Below, in pieces: positions 1-11,955 of a DNA stretch of 64,000 bases. Below the pieces are notes generated by a model. It had not been told where the DNA came from and searched no databases. It saw only the letters and a list, made by a program, of their open reading frames with translations. The DNA is from Camelus ferus (lineage: Eukaryota), in the NCBI RefSeq assembly GCF_009834535.1, contig NC_045696.1, positions 117,306,001 through 117,370,000 of the forward strand. The letters are read 5' to 3'. Position 1 is the stretch's first letter. Each line of letters begins with the position of its first letter. The position numbers and the translations under genes are program-made.

Positions 1-1339
1 GCATCTAAAGGTTATTCAACACACTGAGATATGAAAAAAACACTTACATTTTTACCTCGAAGAAATGGTACTTGGATTCCGCTATATGTTCTAATGGTGT
101 TAAATGTCAAAAAAAAAATACTAGAAATAGAAGTATTGGCAACTGGGCTTCAGCTCCTGCCCTAGGAGCGTGTGCAGCTAAAGGATGCGAGGATGTCACA
201 GCACTTCAGTTCGTGCCTGGTGTCCTGGTGTCAGCCTGTGAGATCGTGAAGAGAAAGGCAAGCTGGAAGTTGGGAAAATAAGCCAGTGATTGTTTATCAG
301 GGCCTGCGGTTCACCCAGTACTAGTCCTCAGCAGCGACTGAACAATGAACCAAACAAACACACGAGTAACAGAACCCCTCCTGACTGAGGGTGCCCAACC
401 TCCCTGGATGCCTTGCATCTCCTGTAATGTGCATGTCAACCCTGGAAAGCTGGGGGTGTTCTCTCACTTCCACAAGTGAGTGATCTGGCAGTTGGGCAGG
501 TGGAGTTCTTGGCGACGAGGTGACCCGTGCCATTCTCAAACTGGTGGCACAAGTAAGCTCTTAATGCCTTATTTCTGAGTGAACTGTTAATTGCGCCAAT
601 GGGTCAGCAGTGAGACCTCCAGCCTCTCTCCCTGGTGGGAAGTTCCTCTGGTTGTCTCTGGGATTCCCCAGTGCTTTGACGCTTAGGCAAGATGCTGTCG
701 TAACAGGTGTCTCAGTAATGCAACAAATTGCTCATAAGTCAGGAGAGAAGCAAAGCCACTTTCAATCTGCCTTATTTAAAGACTTTGGGAAGGCAATGTG
801 AGTTGGAGAACTCTCCAAGCTAGAGCTATGCATTTCAATCAGTGCTACACACGGACACACACACAGAGGAGGACTGCGTGTTACATCAAGGAGGGAGAGG
901 GAGAAAATTTGAAATCACACTTTTAAATTCCCTCTTTGTTTAGAAATCAGACTGAGTTGTTTTCTATGTGTCTACTTAGGAGTAAGAGATGCTTGTATTT
1001 CGATGTCTCCAAAGAGAAAAAAATGAAGAGCTATTTATTCCTGATGATATCAGTAAGTGTTATTAGTATATGATAATTAAATGGTTACATTACAATAACC
1101 ATTTATTTATTTATATATTTTATTTATTTATTTATTATTTATTTTATATATATATATTTATATTTATACAATAAATATCATTTAATAATAATGCAATGTG
1201 ATAAGTATCATTATAACAAAAAAAGCCATATTTGGCATCTGGATGGCCAACTTATGACCATATACAGACATGAAACTTCAGCGCCTGGGTTTGTTTTCCT
1301 GTTTACAGTTGCAAAGTCACTAGGTAATCATTTAGTTTG

Positions 1340-1565
1340 CGGTCTGCAGACTATGCCCCACAGGCCAAAACCAGCCAGCTGTCTGTTTTCAGAGTTTTAT
1401 TAGAACACAGCTACCTTCATTCGTTGCTGGACTGTTCATGGATACTTTGGCGCTGCAGTGGCAGAGATACATGGCTGTGACCATGTCAGTATGGTCTACA
1501 GAGCTAAAAATATTTATTATCTGGCCCTTTGCAAAAAAAAAAAAAAAGTTACCAGCTTCTGACCT
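1340..1565. mobile_element. MER58A-like hAT-Charlie DNA transposon fossil
   Basis: ctatgccccacaggccaaa...aaaatatttattatctggccctttgc; reverse-orientation relative of the copy at 11728-11955. Confidence 0.7.
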
Positions 1566-1579
1566 AGATCATGTGACAC

Positions 1580-1745
1580 TATTTATTTACTGTTTTATTT
1601 TTATGTTTTGTCTTGTTAGAGTCGTCTTTTGGGGGTGGGCCGTAATTAGGCTGTTCATTCATTTATTTAATGGAGGTGCTGGGGTTTGAACCCGGACCCC
1701 GTACAAGCTAAGCACACACTCTACCACTGAGCTCCACCCTCCCCC
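1580..1745 (-). mobile_element. Camelid-type tRNA-derived SINE
   Basis: Reverse complement reads ggggagggtggagctcagtggtagag...gggttcaaaccccagcacctccattaaataaat, with A/B boxes and an A-rich tail. Confidence 0.85.
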
Positions 1746-2889
1746 GCTTATTTATCTTTCATCTTGAAAGGCATGTCCAACAATAATTGGGCCACTATAT
1801 CATAATATAAAAAGGATCAAATTATCTAGTATTTTGCTAACTTTCCATCCATTATTATATCTATAATAAGGCATAACTATACCTAATTAGAAGAAATATT
1901 CTGTTTCCCTTCACTCAGACCTCTTGAGGACTTGATTTAGCTTAACTGACATTTATGAAACACCTACTATGTTCCCAGCACAGAAATCCTCCCCCTCCGA
2001 TTCTAACACCCCCCGTGAAGAGGAAACAAGTGGTATCTATGATTGGGTAACAGCACGTTATGAAAACACTTCAATGCTCTTTGAAAAAACAGACCTATTA
2101 GATGAATTGATACATAAATATTTTCTATATTTTGCTTCTGAGATTCATTAGGAGCAAAAATGCAGATGACATCAAATGACATCAAATGCTGATAATCAGT
2201 GTGCTCTTCCAACGCCACTGCTCCATTCTTTTGATAGTCCAACAGTACGCTCTTACCTTATGGCAAGACCAAATAATTTTACCTCCTCTTTTACAAAGAC
2301 TCCAATTATAATCCAATTCCTTTCAGATTATGTACACTCTGATAGCAATTCCCTTATACCAAAAAAATATAGCCCAAGATAATGGGCTGTGAGCATAGTT
2401 TCAATGCTAATAGGAGGCAGTTTAACAGCCTAGAGAAGTTCATTCTGATGACATTTTCAGTGCGGTGATAAACAGCATATAATGCCCCTCAATTATAGTT
2501 TTAATGTAAAAAAATGGAAGTTTTAAGACAATTTATCCCCAACTAAATTGTCATTTCATTTCTGTGGCTTTGCCCTTTTAATAAATAAAAAATTCACTTA
2601 CCCATTCCATTGCTCTCCAGATGGGCTTTGACAGAGAGATCGATTATAGGAAAAAAAGAATTACAGATGAAATCAATGATAGCACTATAAGTAAATTAGT
2701 GGGAGTTTGTTCAGGCCACCATGGTTGAAACACATCTCTCTCCTTTTCTCTCAAAGGGCATTAGAAAATAGAATGTTATTGATGACTGCAACTTTAAGGG
2801 GAATCGTGAATTCCAGCCTACTATGTGCAATGAAACAAAGGAACATGTAAGGGAAGCTCTTGAATCACATACTAATGTTCGTTCTTTGG

Positions 2890-3810
2890 ACTTTATTGAG
2901 ATGGAGATATATATACATTCAGAAGAGTGTGTCTCACAAATGTACAGCTCTATGAATTTTCACCAGCAGACTAATGAAACCATCAGCCAGATCATGTAAC
3001 AGAACATGAGTGGCACCCAAAAGCCAGTGATGACCTCTTCTGAAGGGTAACCAACATCTAGACTTCTGACAGTTTCAATGAACCTTGTGTGTTTGTACTT
3101 TGTATAAACGAAATCAAACTTTCATGACTGGCTTCATTTACCCCCCATTATGTGTGTAAGAGCCATCCATACTATTGTGTGTGTGTGTTTCATCCTATAG
3201 GGCATGTCTCAGTATGGTTTCCATGGATTAAACTTTTTCAAACACAATTTTAGTAATTATGGATTTCTTTCCTTTGAGTTGGGCAAACGAACACACCACC
3301 ACCAAGCCTATGATTTCAAGGAAACTTCGAATGAAACTAACTTAAAGAAGATAGTTGCAGTCCTGTTTGTGAAATGTTCATCACAACTTTACTGGTCATA
3401 GCAAAATACTGAGAACAACTTATCTTAGTCAACAGGGGTTGATTCACCCACATGACCTCATCTAAAGCAACGATGGTACCTCCAAATTCCATCACATTGG
3501 AGGTTAAGGCTTCAACTTAGGAAATTTTTGGAGGACATAACCATTCAGTCCATAACACAACTTAAATGTCCTTTGATGAGCAATTTGTTGGATAAACTCT
3601 GGCATATCTTTACAATGGAATACTATTCAGTAACAAAAAGGATTGAATGGATGAACTTAAAGGGCATTATGCTTAGTAAAAAAGTGTTAATCATAAGAGA
3701 TTACATATTGTATGACACCATTCATGTAACATTCTCAAAATCATGTAGATGAAGAGATAATGGTTGTGAAGGGACAAAGGTGAAAGAAAAGGCAGTGGTA
3801 AGATGGAGGT
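2890..3810. mobile_element. Old L1M 3' fragments with an interspersed MaLR-LTR fragment
   Basis: L1-type text such as atggaatactattcag (MEYYS) near 3615; ccatcacattggaggttaaggcttcaac is MLT-like. Confidence 0.55.
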
Positions 3811-3899
3811 GATTACAACTACAAAGAAGTAACCACTGCTTATCTAAAGTTCAAATTTAATTAAGTGCCCTGCATTTCAGTGGGAAAACTTATCCCCAT

Positions 3900-6620
3900 A
3901 TTCTAATCCTCATCTGTGTAATCTGTGTAATCGATTTTCTGAATATAGCTCTCGCTTCTTCTGATCTGTTGGACATCATCAAATTCTCCAAAACCCTAAG
4001 TCTCTTCTCCTGTATCTTGTGCTTCAAACTGAAACCAGGTCCTCTTCTGGGAACACCATTTCCCCTCCACCTTCTTCTGTGTAGAACCGGGCTGGTTGAG
4101 AGGCAGGCATCCTTTAATTTTCTTACCACATCCAATGCTTTCCCCTCACCGCCCAGCACTCTCCAGCTCTGAGTCCCTTGTCATCAGATCACCCTTTCTC
4201 TCTCTCTGAGCATCCGTGAGCTAATAGGTCATCCCCTTCCAATTCTTGGAAGATTTTAGTTCCTGGCACAGGGTCACTAACTCCTATCATAATTCATAGT
4301 TAGTTCAATATCCATGCAGGTGATAATTTCCAAGCCCCTGTTTTCTCATTCCCTTGAACTCTTCTCCACACTGTGTCAGCATCTCCTCTCACAGTCACGC
4401 GTGCCTTAGACCTGTATTTACCAGAATTTATGACCTCCTCTTAATTCACCCACTCTGTCCATCTTCAGTCTTTCCCGTTTACATCCTCCAACGCAACTCA
4501 ACATGGGCATCTACAGCCTGATGACCCTATCAGTGAGACTGTCCCTCAACTCTTTACATCCTCACTTCACTTCTTATCCAGCTGAAACTCTAGTCTGTCA
4601 TTATAACCTCTTCTTTGCCTGTGTCCTCCTTTCGTTTGCTCCCTCTCGCTCTCGCTCTCTCTCTCCCTCTCCACCCGCCCCCCTCCGCCCACCTCTCTCT
4701 TTGGCCTACTCACTTGGAAAATGCAGCTCTAGTCAAATCCAACTCTCTCTTATCCTCACCTGCACCCGTGAAACTAAATGAAGCTGGAAATAAACACAGG
4801 ACTGCTGACTCGCCTCACTTTAAACTCCTGTTCACTCTCCACAAGAGAGCCCTTAATGTGGCTGGACAATCATACTGCATTTCCCCAGGCCACTCACTCT
4901 CCTGCTTTCCTAGGTGACTATTTTGTACCTCCTTTCCTCTCCTCCAATATCTAACAGTTCCTCCCTCGTCCTCATTCTCATTTTACTGATAAGGAGACGA
5001 TGGGATGAGAAACTCCATGAGTTCTCACCCCTACCACCTCCCCACACCTGTGTCAGGTAACACTGCCTCCTTCTTCCCGCTACTGCCTGAGCAGTCCTGC
5101 CCTTGTGCACTTGGTCCCATTCTTTTTTGTCTCTCAAAAAAATTGCTCTAGAAATTGCCTTCGCTCTCTCCTAAAGCAACAACTCCTGTCTACTGAACCT
5201 TTCTCATCAGCATATAAATAGCAAAAGAAACCATCTCTTAACCCAGTTCCCTCTCCAGCCACCACCTCATTCCTCCCCTTTTCTTTACAGCAAAACACGT
5301 GTCAACACTCATCACCCCCACTTCCTCTCCTCACAGTCTCTTCCAACACTCTAGACATGGTTTCATTCTCACCACCTGGTAAGAACAAAGCTCTTGTTAA
5401 GGACATGAGTTACCTTCATGGTCTAAACCCAATGCTCAAGCCCCAACCTTTCTTTCTCACTTGATCTATCAGCAATATTCGTTCCATTTGCTCCCTTCCT
5501 TCTTCCTGAGGACTTCCTTCCCGTAGCTTCCACCCAGTTTTCCCTCCACCTCACTAACCACGTATTCTACATCTCCTTTGGTCAGTCTTCCCCATCTGTC
5601 CAAGCTTGGGATGCTGGAGTGCCTCAAGCTCAGCCTTGGAGCGCTTCTCTCTTTGCACAGGGCTCTCATCTGATGAGGCTCTGAGATCTAACAGATGTCT
5701 GTCTCTGGCCAGGCTCCCCTCGGAAGTCCATATTCATCATATCCCTGGGTCTTCTCAGACTGAAGAGCGAACAACCATCCCAAATTTAACATGTCAAAAG
5801 CTTAGCTCCTGATCAGATCACCATTCCCCCTTTAAAAATCTACTGCTCCCACGCTTCCGTTTGCTAAGACAGCACACAATCTTGGACTTACACCTGATTC
5901 TCCTTCTCTCCACCATACCTCTGATCAACCAGCACACCTTGTGGACACTTCTTTCAGAATATAGCTACTATTCAATCACTCCTCACCACTTTTACTGCTA
6001 AGCATCTCACCTGGATTATTAAGATGGTCTCCTGATAAGCCTACCTGTGTTCACATTTGGCCCCTGCGTTCTATTCTCAATCATGTATGTCAGTCCTCTT
6101 CTCAACACCCTCCCTCCAGTGCTTCCAGTTTCATTTGAAAAAAAAAAGTGGAAGTCCTCACAATGGCTGGCAAACACTACAAAGTCTGCCCGTCCCATGG
6201 CCTCACTGATCTCATCTCCCATGAATCCCCCCTCCCCCCCAGCCCCACTCCCACCACCAGCTCATTTCCCTCCAGCCACATTAGCCTCCTCCACACTCCT
6301 GTCTCACGGCTCTTGGATTTGCAGTATCCTTTCCCTGAAATGCTCTTCCCCACTAGACCTCCACCAACTCGCTTGTCTCCTTCAAATCTTTCCTCAAATG
6401 TCTCCTTCTTAGTGAAGCCCTCCCTGATTGGCCTATTTAAATGATAACTGAGTCCTGCCACTTCCTGCCCTGCTTATCTGAGTACTTTGGTTTTCCAGTT
6501 AGCACTTACCACTCCTTACACTACGTGTTTAACTTATGTATTTCCTTTATTGTTTATTTCCTGTCCAGGAAGGCAGGATTTTTGTCTGTTCTCCCAACCC
6601 CCCAACCACTGCTAAATTTC
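3900..6620 (+). mobile_element. Long L2 LINE fossil (about 2.7 kb)
   Basis: C/T-rich L2-like sequence with endonuclease remnants (ttcttggaagattttagttcctgg; ttcaatatccatg) and typical L2 3' body text. Confidence 0.75.
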
Positions 6621-6634
6621 TAGGTACTTAGAGA

Positions 6635-6990
6635 GAATGTTCTTGCTAATCAATGTCCATGTTATCATTTTCTCTAGATAGTAGGAAGACAGTATTTTCC
6701 AGAAACCCCCTGGCAGTTAGATTGGAGTCATGTGACTGATTTATGGTCAATGGAATGTGGGCAGAAGGGTTGTAAGCCACTTGTAGGGCTGGTCTGTAAA
6801 AATCTTTCATGAGTGAGCTTCCTTTCTCTTCTTGTCCAGCAAACTTGGAAGCCATTTGTTATAGATGGTGGCACCTTAAGGGAGAAGGAGCATGGGTCCC
6901 AGAATGACTGGCACTGGACTGGGACACAAGCAACAGCTGAGTCCTTGCATTAAGCTACTCACACTTTGGAATTGTTTAAGGAATTAACAC
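6635..6990. mobile_element. MLT1-type MaLR solo LTR fossil
   Basis: tcatgtgactgatttatggtcaatggaatgtgggcagaag...agatggtggc...gggtcccagaatgactg. Confidence 0.6.
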
Positions 6991-7248
6991 ACCACACAAC
7001 ACTCAATGAATATTTGCAAATTAATACATTTAAAATTTTGTATTATTTTTAACCAAACTCTCCTTAAAAGACATAACACTGTTCCCTACCATGGCAGACA
7101 AAATATAATGAGCACAAGGTAACCATTAGTATCAAATGGAAATAGTGCATTTCTCTCTTTTTTCTTATATTACTATTTTTTTTTTTTTTTGCTCACTATT
7201 GCATTGACTTCTTGGTGTCTCGTTGGTTCTCATATCTAATCTTAGATA

Positions 7249-7795
7249 TGAGAATCCACACTTCTACTCACTTTTGTTTTTTCCTTCTGATTTTCCCTCA
7301 CTTTTGTTGTATAGTTTTCGCTTCTCAGCTGATAATAGCAAGGTTCGGGTTTTTATTTTTAGCTGTCACCATTGAATAAGAGCACTTTCTGGTTTGTAAA
7401 CCATCTTTCGTACAATATCTTCATTGTGGGCTCTTGGCTTTGCTTAGTCCTTGCCGTGAATACTCACATAAATACTCACAATAAAAAGCCTTTTCAAATT
7501 CTTTTGGAATTTGAATCTTTCAGATATACAATTACCAAATAAAGGTGACAGACTGATACAAACAAATTTTGGAAAAATCTTTTTTTTTTGCCCAGACTTT
7601 CTGTGGATTCACTTTATACAGTGCTGCTGTTTATAAGAATTACTCTTCTCTTTTCATATTTCCAAATTTACTGGTGAATTAAAACAGTCCTTTGAAGATG
7701 AGAGGAAACGGTATCCCTCATGGTAACACTTGAGATTATTTTCAAACACAACCTTTTTAAAAACAATTTTAATGTAATTGAAATGTAGTTATAGC
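7249..7795 (-). pseudogene. Last exon: end of TGF-beta prodomain, basic cleavage site and decayed cystine-knot mature domain
   Basis: Acceptor tattttaattccag|GC. One frame reads GYNYISITLKLFLKRLC...LGKKKR-FFQNLFVSVCHLYLVIVYLKD with 2 stops. After a frameshift it reads IQIPKEFEKAFYCEYLCEYS...RKCSYS, and after another KCGFS (7260-7249). Compare the family pattern C..L.V....WII.PK.Y.A.YC.G.C...CC...CGCS. Confidence 0.65.
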
Positions 7796-8177
7796 CTGGA
7801 ATTAAAATATGCAAGAAGTGGGTTTCTTAATGGTTTATTTCAATGGGATGTGAAGTTAGAATTGTTAAGAAAAGCAAGATGCTAATTAACCAGAGTTAGA
7901 AAGCTGAGGATGAAATAAAGTATCCTGGCATGAACTCTTGATCAGCCTTCCCTATTCAGAGTTCCCAGAGGCCAGTTGACGGGATGATACAAAGCTCTGA
8001 GGTCATGGAGGTTCAGGCTCCTGGGGGTTGTGCCACCTAGTTATTCCACCCACCAGCAGGGGGAGACACAGGATGCTCCTTGTAACCCAAGGCATGACTT
8101 TTGTACCCTGGGACCTAATCAGTCCTTTCTTTGTCGGTAACAAGTAAAACAAGTTGGTCCAGTCCGACAAAACTCAC

Positions 8178-8338
8178 CCGTCTCAGTGTTTTTGGTTTCT
8201 TGAATTACAGTTGATTTTACATTCAAGTGACTCATTAGAAGGAGGGACTTGTGTGTTGTTGTTCGTTTTGCAGATACTAGATTGTATCAGTTTTTTAAAA
8301 TGTAAGTTTTGGCCTTTGGCTCCAAAACATTGATACAT
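8178..8338 (-). pseudogene. Internal exon, TGF-beta prodomain-like (161 nt)
   Basis: Acceptor gaatttcaatcag| and donor G|GTGAGT (8177-8172). Reads CINVLEPKAKTYILKN*YNLVSAKRTTTHKSLLLMSHLNVKSTVIQETKNTET-G with 1 stop and joins the last exon in phase 1. Confidence 0.5.
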
Positions 8339-8554
8339 CTGATTGAAATTCAGCCATTAAAGAATTGAACTTCACTCTATCACCTAATCACTACCACCAA
8401 TAATCTCAGCCCAACAGTCAACTTTGTAGAAAGTCAACAAAAGCAACTCTCATAGACCTAACGACAAACGATATTGAAATTTTAAACCGTCTTGGCAGGT
8501 TAGAAGTTTCGGGCTTTGTGTTTGATCTCCCAGGAACCAGATAGTTTGTTTTTA

Positions 8555-9065
8555 TCTATCCATCAGTTCAGTTCAATACATGCCTGGGGTAGGAAGATCA
8601 ACCAACAAAGATACATACGTGCTCCTAAGCTAAGGACTAGGGATAAAGGAAGGTCGTTGCATTTACCCTTTGAACAGATGGACATTTAACAAATAATTGC
8701 TGGACAGTGTGATCCGTGCAACACAAGAAATGTGAGGGAGGGGCTAAAGTAGCTTACAGGAGGGAGGAATTCACTTCATCTGACGTGAGGCATTGAGGTG
8801 AGCTTCATAGAGAGAAACAATACCTAAGCATTGTTTTAAAGAATAATGAGGAAGAGAAAGAGAGTGGAGTTTGGTGCAGAAGGAGCAGAATGTGAAAAGG
8901 CATAAAATAGAACAATCTGTCTGAACAGTTCTCCTTTGTTCATGTTGCCAGAAGATAATACAGAAAGGGAGTCATACAAGATAAGGCTGAGGAGGCAGGC
9001 ATAAGACAAGCAGTGGAGAATCCTGGACTCAGGAACAGAGTTGGAAACAGGAGTGCCAGGCTCCT
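8555..9065 (-). mobile_element. L2 fragment in an intron of the pseudogene
   Basis: Purine-rich L2-like text (gtgagcttcatagagag...ataaggctgaggaggcaggc) lying between two candidate exons. Confidence 0.45.
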
Positions 9066-9182
9066 GGTTGACCAGGTGACTCTTCAAAATCAGATGGTGA
9101 TTCAGATGTTCTGAACCTGCTGACATAAAGTGTGTGTCATACAGGAGACTGAAAGAATATGGAAATACAGGTAAAAACTCAC

Positions 9183-9636
9183 ACCTTGAAGGACAAAAAC
9201 TCATGCCTGGTTCCTTGAGGAAGATCATCTTCACTATGTTAGCAGAAGAATAGTAGATATGGATGACTAGGTAGCACAGATTCTTAAAAATTAAATGTTA
9301 TATTCAAAGATAATTTTGACTTCATATTTGTCTTGATTCTCAAGAACAGTATTTCCTTCTTCAGGCTCTACTTTTAAAGATTAAATATCGGTTCATGCCA
9401 AGGCCTCAGGAGAGTTCCTTGACAGGTATATATCTCTGAGTTCTTAGATAAACGATAAAGGCAAAACAACTTAGAGCGAAGACCTACCTTTCCCATTTTC
9501 ATTTCCTTGATTAATAATTTTATCTAATCTTCTACTAATTTTATAGAACACTGGGTAGGGATGAGAACTTTGGAGAGCCAAATTCCTATTGATGATCCAT
9601 CAAAAGTATGTGGGTTGTTGCTTTTTAAAAAGTCAC
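9183..9636 (-). pseudogene. Internal exon, N-terminal TGF-beta prodomain-like (latency helix/lasso region)
   Basis: Acceptor ttaacttttttaag| and donor AAG|GTGTGAGT (two possible GTs). One frame reads WIINRNLALQSSHPYP...VVLPLSFI*ELRDIY...EEGNTVLENQDKYEVKIIF, resembling the myostatin-type prodomain start as recalled (QILSKLRL..P...LPKAPPLRELIDQY...SLEDDDY). Several stops are present. Confidence 0.5.
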
Positions 9637-10039
9637 CTTAAAAAAGTTAAGATCCAATGTGCCAAAATCCCCACTCAAGTCTCAATTAACACCCCTTTCT
9701 AAAAGGAAAATAAAACCCTTAAATGTTTACACAAAAGCTAATTATGAGTTTGCAAGCATTTTAGGTGGTTGAAAATGCATGGTCTTGAGTGGTAAGAAGT
9801 ATAATGAGAAATAAATATGTTAGTTTCAGCAAAGAAAGCAGAAGTCAACAACTTTTTGGCCATAGGACAAAGAGTGCTTATAGATAACTGTGATCAGTCT
9901 CAGGTTTTGTCAGTAGAAAAGGAACAAAGAAATTTTTTTTTAAAAAGGAGGAGTGAAGGAATGAGAAGAAAGAAATGACCAAGAAAATTGTTGACTTTCC
10001 CTGATACTCATCTAGAAAGAGCCATTTACTAAAAGTCAC

Positions 10040-10280
10040 ATGGAGTAGTTGAGAAAAGCTGGACTGTATAAATGTTAGGCTTGGATTCAGATTTTGGCTC
10101 CTCTCCTTCCTGGCAGTATGACCCTGGTTGTCACTTAACCCTTTAGACCTGTTCTGTTACAGTGCAATCATGGGTACCCCAATCACATAGGCTTGTTGAG
10201 ATGCTTAAATGAGATAATGCTCTTGAAGTCAAGGTACCATGTCTACACAAAGATGCTGATCAATAAATATTGGTCCTATT
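10040..10280 (+). mobile_element. MIR SINE
   Basis: tatgaccctgg..tcacttaacc..gttgagatgcttaaatgagataatgc core. Confidence 0.7.
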
Positions 10281-11107
10281 GCCTTCACCAACCCTATCAC
10301 AGATCTAGAAAGATTATCCAACCAAGAGGAACTCAAATTCATAACATCTTTCTGCAGATTCTTTGGTCTTTAAGCTAAAGATCCAGTCTTATAATGGAGT
10401 CTTCAAAGTTGGGTATCCACTACATTGTGATGACACCAGCAGTGAATAATCCCTCCCAGAGCTTACAGTCTAGGAGAGAAATTAGTTCATAATTATAAGA
10501 ACACAAAGAAGGCTCTACAATAAGAAGCAAGGAGTGAGATGGAATCAAATTACAGGAAGACCCAACCTTCTCTGCCTGGGGAGTCAAAGGAGACACCAGG
10601 AAGAACTGATCCAAGGCTAAGACATATAGAAGAAGACATTTAAGCACAAGGGGAGTTCATTCTGGGGGAGGGAGGAGGGGATGGTGAGTTCCAGATGACA
10701 GGACGTGCAGAGGAGCTGGAGCCTGGAGACCAGGTGCCTTCAGCCTTCTGAATCTCAAGAAAGGAAGAACCAAGCTACTCATTCCATTCTCTGCCTATAA
10801 TTCTATTTTTTCTCTGTTTATTAAGTAACTTTCAATAATAAAAACTAGTGCCAGACCTCCTCTTGTAAGTGGAGGAATCTTAACCCCAACTCACATTTAC
10901 TAATTCCTACCTAGTTAGAAAAGATGTAGAAATTGTCAAATGAGACAATTTTAGAATATGTACCATTACATACTTTGGACCCAAACATTCAAAAGCCAAA
11001 CCAAACCACTGGTGGGGTCGATGTGTTCAAACTGTGTGGGTGAAAGTTCAGTGATTTCCTGGCTCACAGCAAAAAAAAGACCACCTTTCTGGGTCTCATC
11101 CTCTCAC

Positions 11108-11636
11108 CATTTTCACCAGCTCTCTGCAGCTCATCCTGTATGTGGCAAAGGAGGAAGGTCCCAGCCCTCATTTTCCTGTAGACAATAGCTACTGTGGAAA
11201 TGCAAAAGCTCTCCACCCTCCACAGGACAACCACCAAGGAGCCATCATCAATGAAAAGGGATTCCAGACACTCCTCCAACATTCAAACAATTTCTTTGGA
11301 GTCTTTTGCTCTGATCCTGTTCTATTTCTTACTCCTTCTGAATTCTAGAACCAATCTACTTTTTTCACTCTTCAGTTTTGCTTCTAGATTGACCTCCACA
11401 ATTACCCTTTGGAGTTCCTCACCATCATGATAAACTTCCAGGTGACGTCTCACTAAGTTGAGGCAATGGGCCAGATCCATCCAACAAGCTGTATCCTCTG
11501 TCTCCCAGGTCACTCTGATCAGTAACTGCTGAAGATCTTGATCATCAGCTGTGGTCAGAAAAGAACTAGAAATCCTTGAACTCTCCTCTTTGGTCACCTG
11601 ATCAGCCTCAGATTCCTTGCCTTCCAGTCTTCCGGT
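11108..11636 (-). pseudogene. Internal exon, death-domain-like helical region (529 nt)
   Basis: Strong acceptor ccctatttttcag| and donor G|GTGAGA. A single frame of 176 codons has only two stops (11324-11322, 11285-11283) and no frameshift, linking ORF-track entries 11322..11597 and 11064..11282. It contains LQQLLIRV..ACWMDLAHCLNL..VIVEV..KSEKSRLVLEF..EIV*MLEECL. Confidence 0.55.
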
Positions 11637-11727
11637 CTGAAAAATAGGGATGGGAGAGGTGAGACAAAAAAATTTCCTCTCCAGAGAAGATGGTGAGGAT
11701 AACAGGTAAATTTTAAACCATCAGAAG

Positions 11728-11955
11728 TCAGGGGTTGGCAAATGTATTTCTGTGAAAGGCTAGTGAGAGTAAATACATTCAGCTTTGTCGGTTATAGGTA
11801 CCATCTCTGCTGCAACTACTCAGTTCTGCCATTATACCATGAAAGTCATAGACCATAGGTAAGTGAATGAATGTCACTGTTTCAATACAACTTTATTTAC
11901 AAAAACAATCAGTGGGCGGGATTTGGCCCACAGTCTGTAGTTTGCCAATCCCTGC
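11728..11955. mobile_element. MER58A-like DNA transposon
   Basis: Terminal inverted repeats caggggttggcaaa ... tttgccaatccctg. Confidence 0.8.

Noticed and set aside
11064..11597. Endogenous viral element as an explanation of the long reading frame
   Set aside because: No resemblance to bornavirus N or retroviral proteins that I recall, and it is bounded by canonical splice sites instead.
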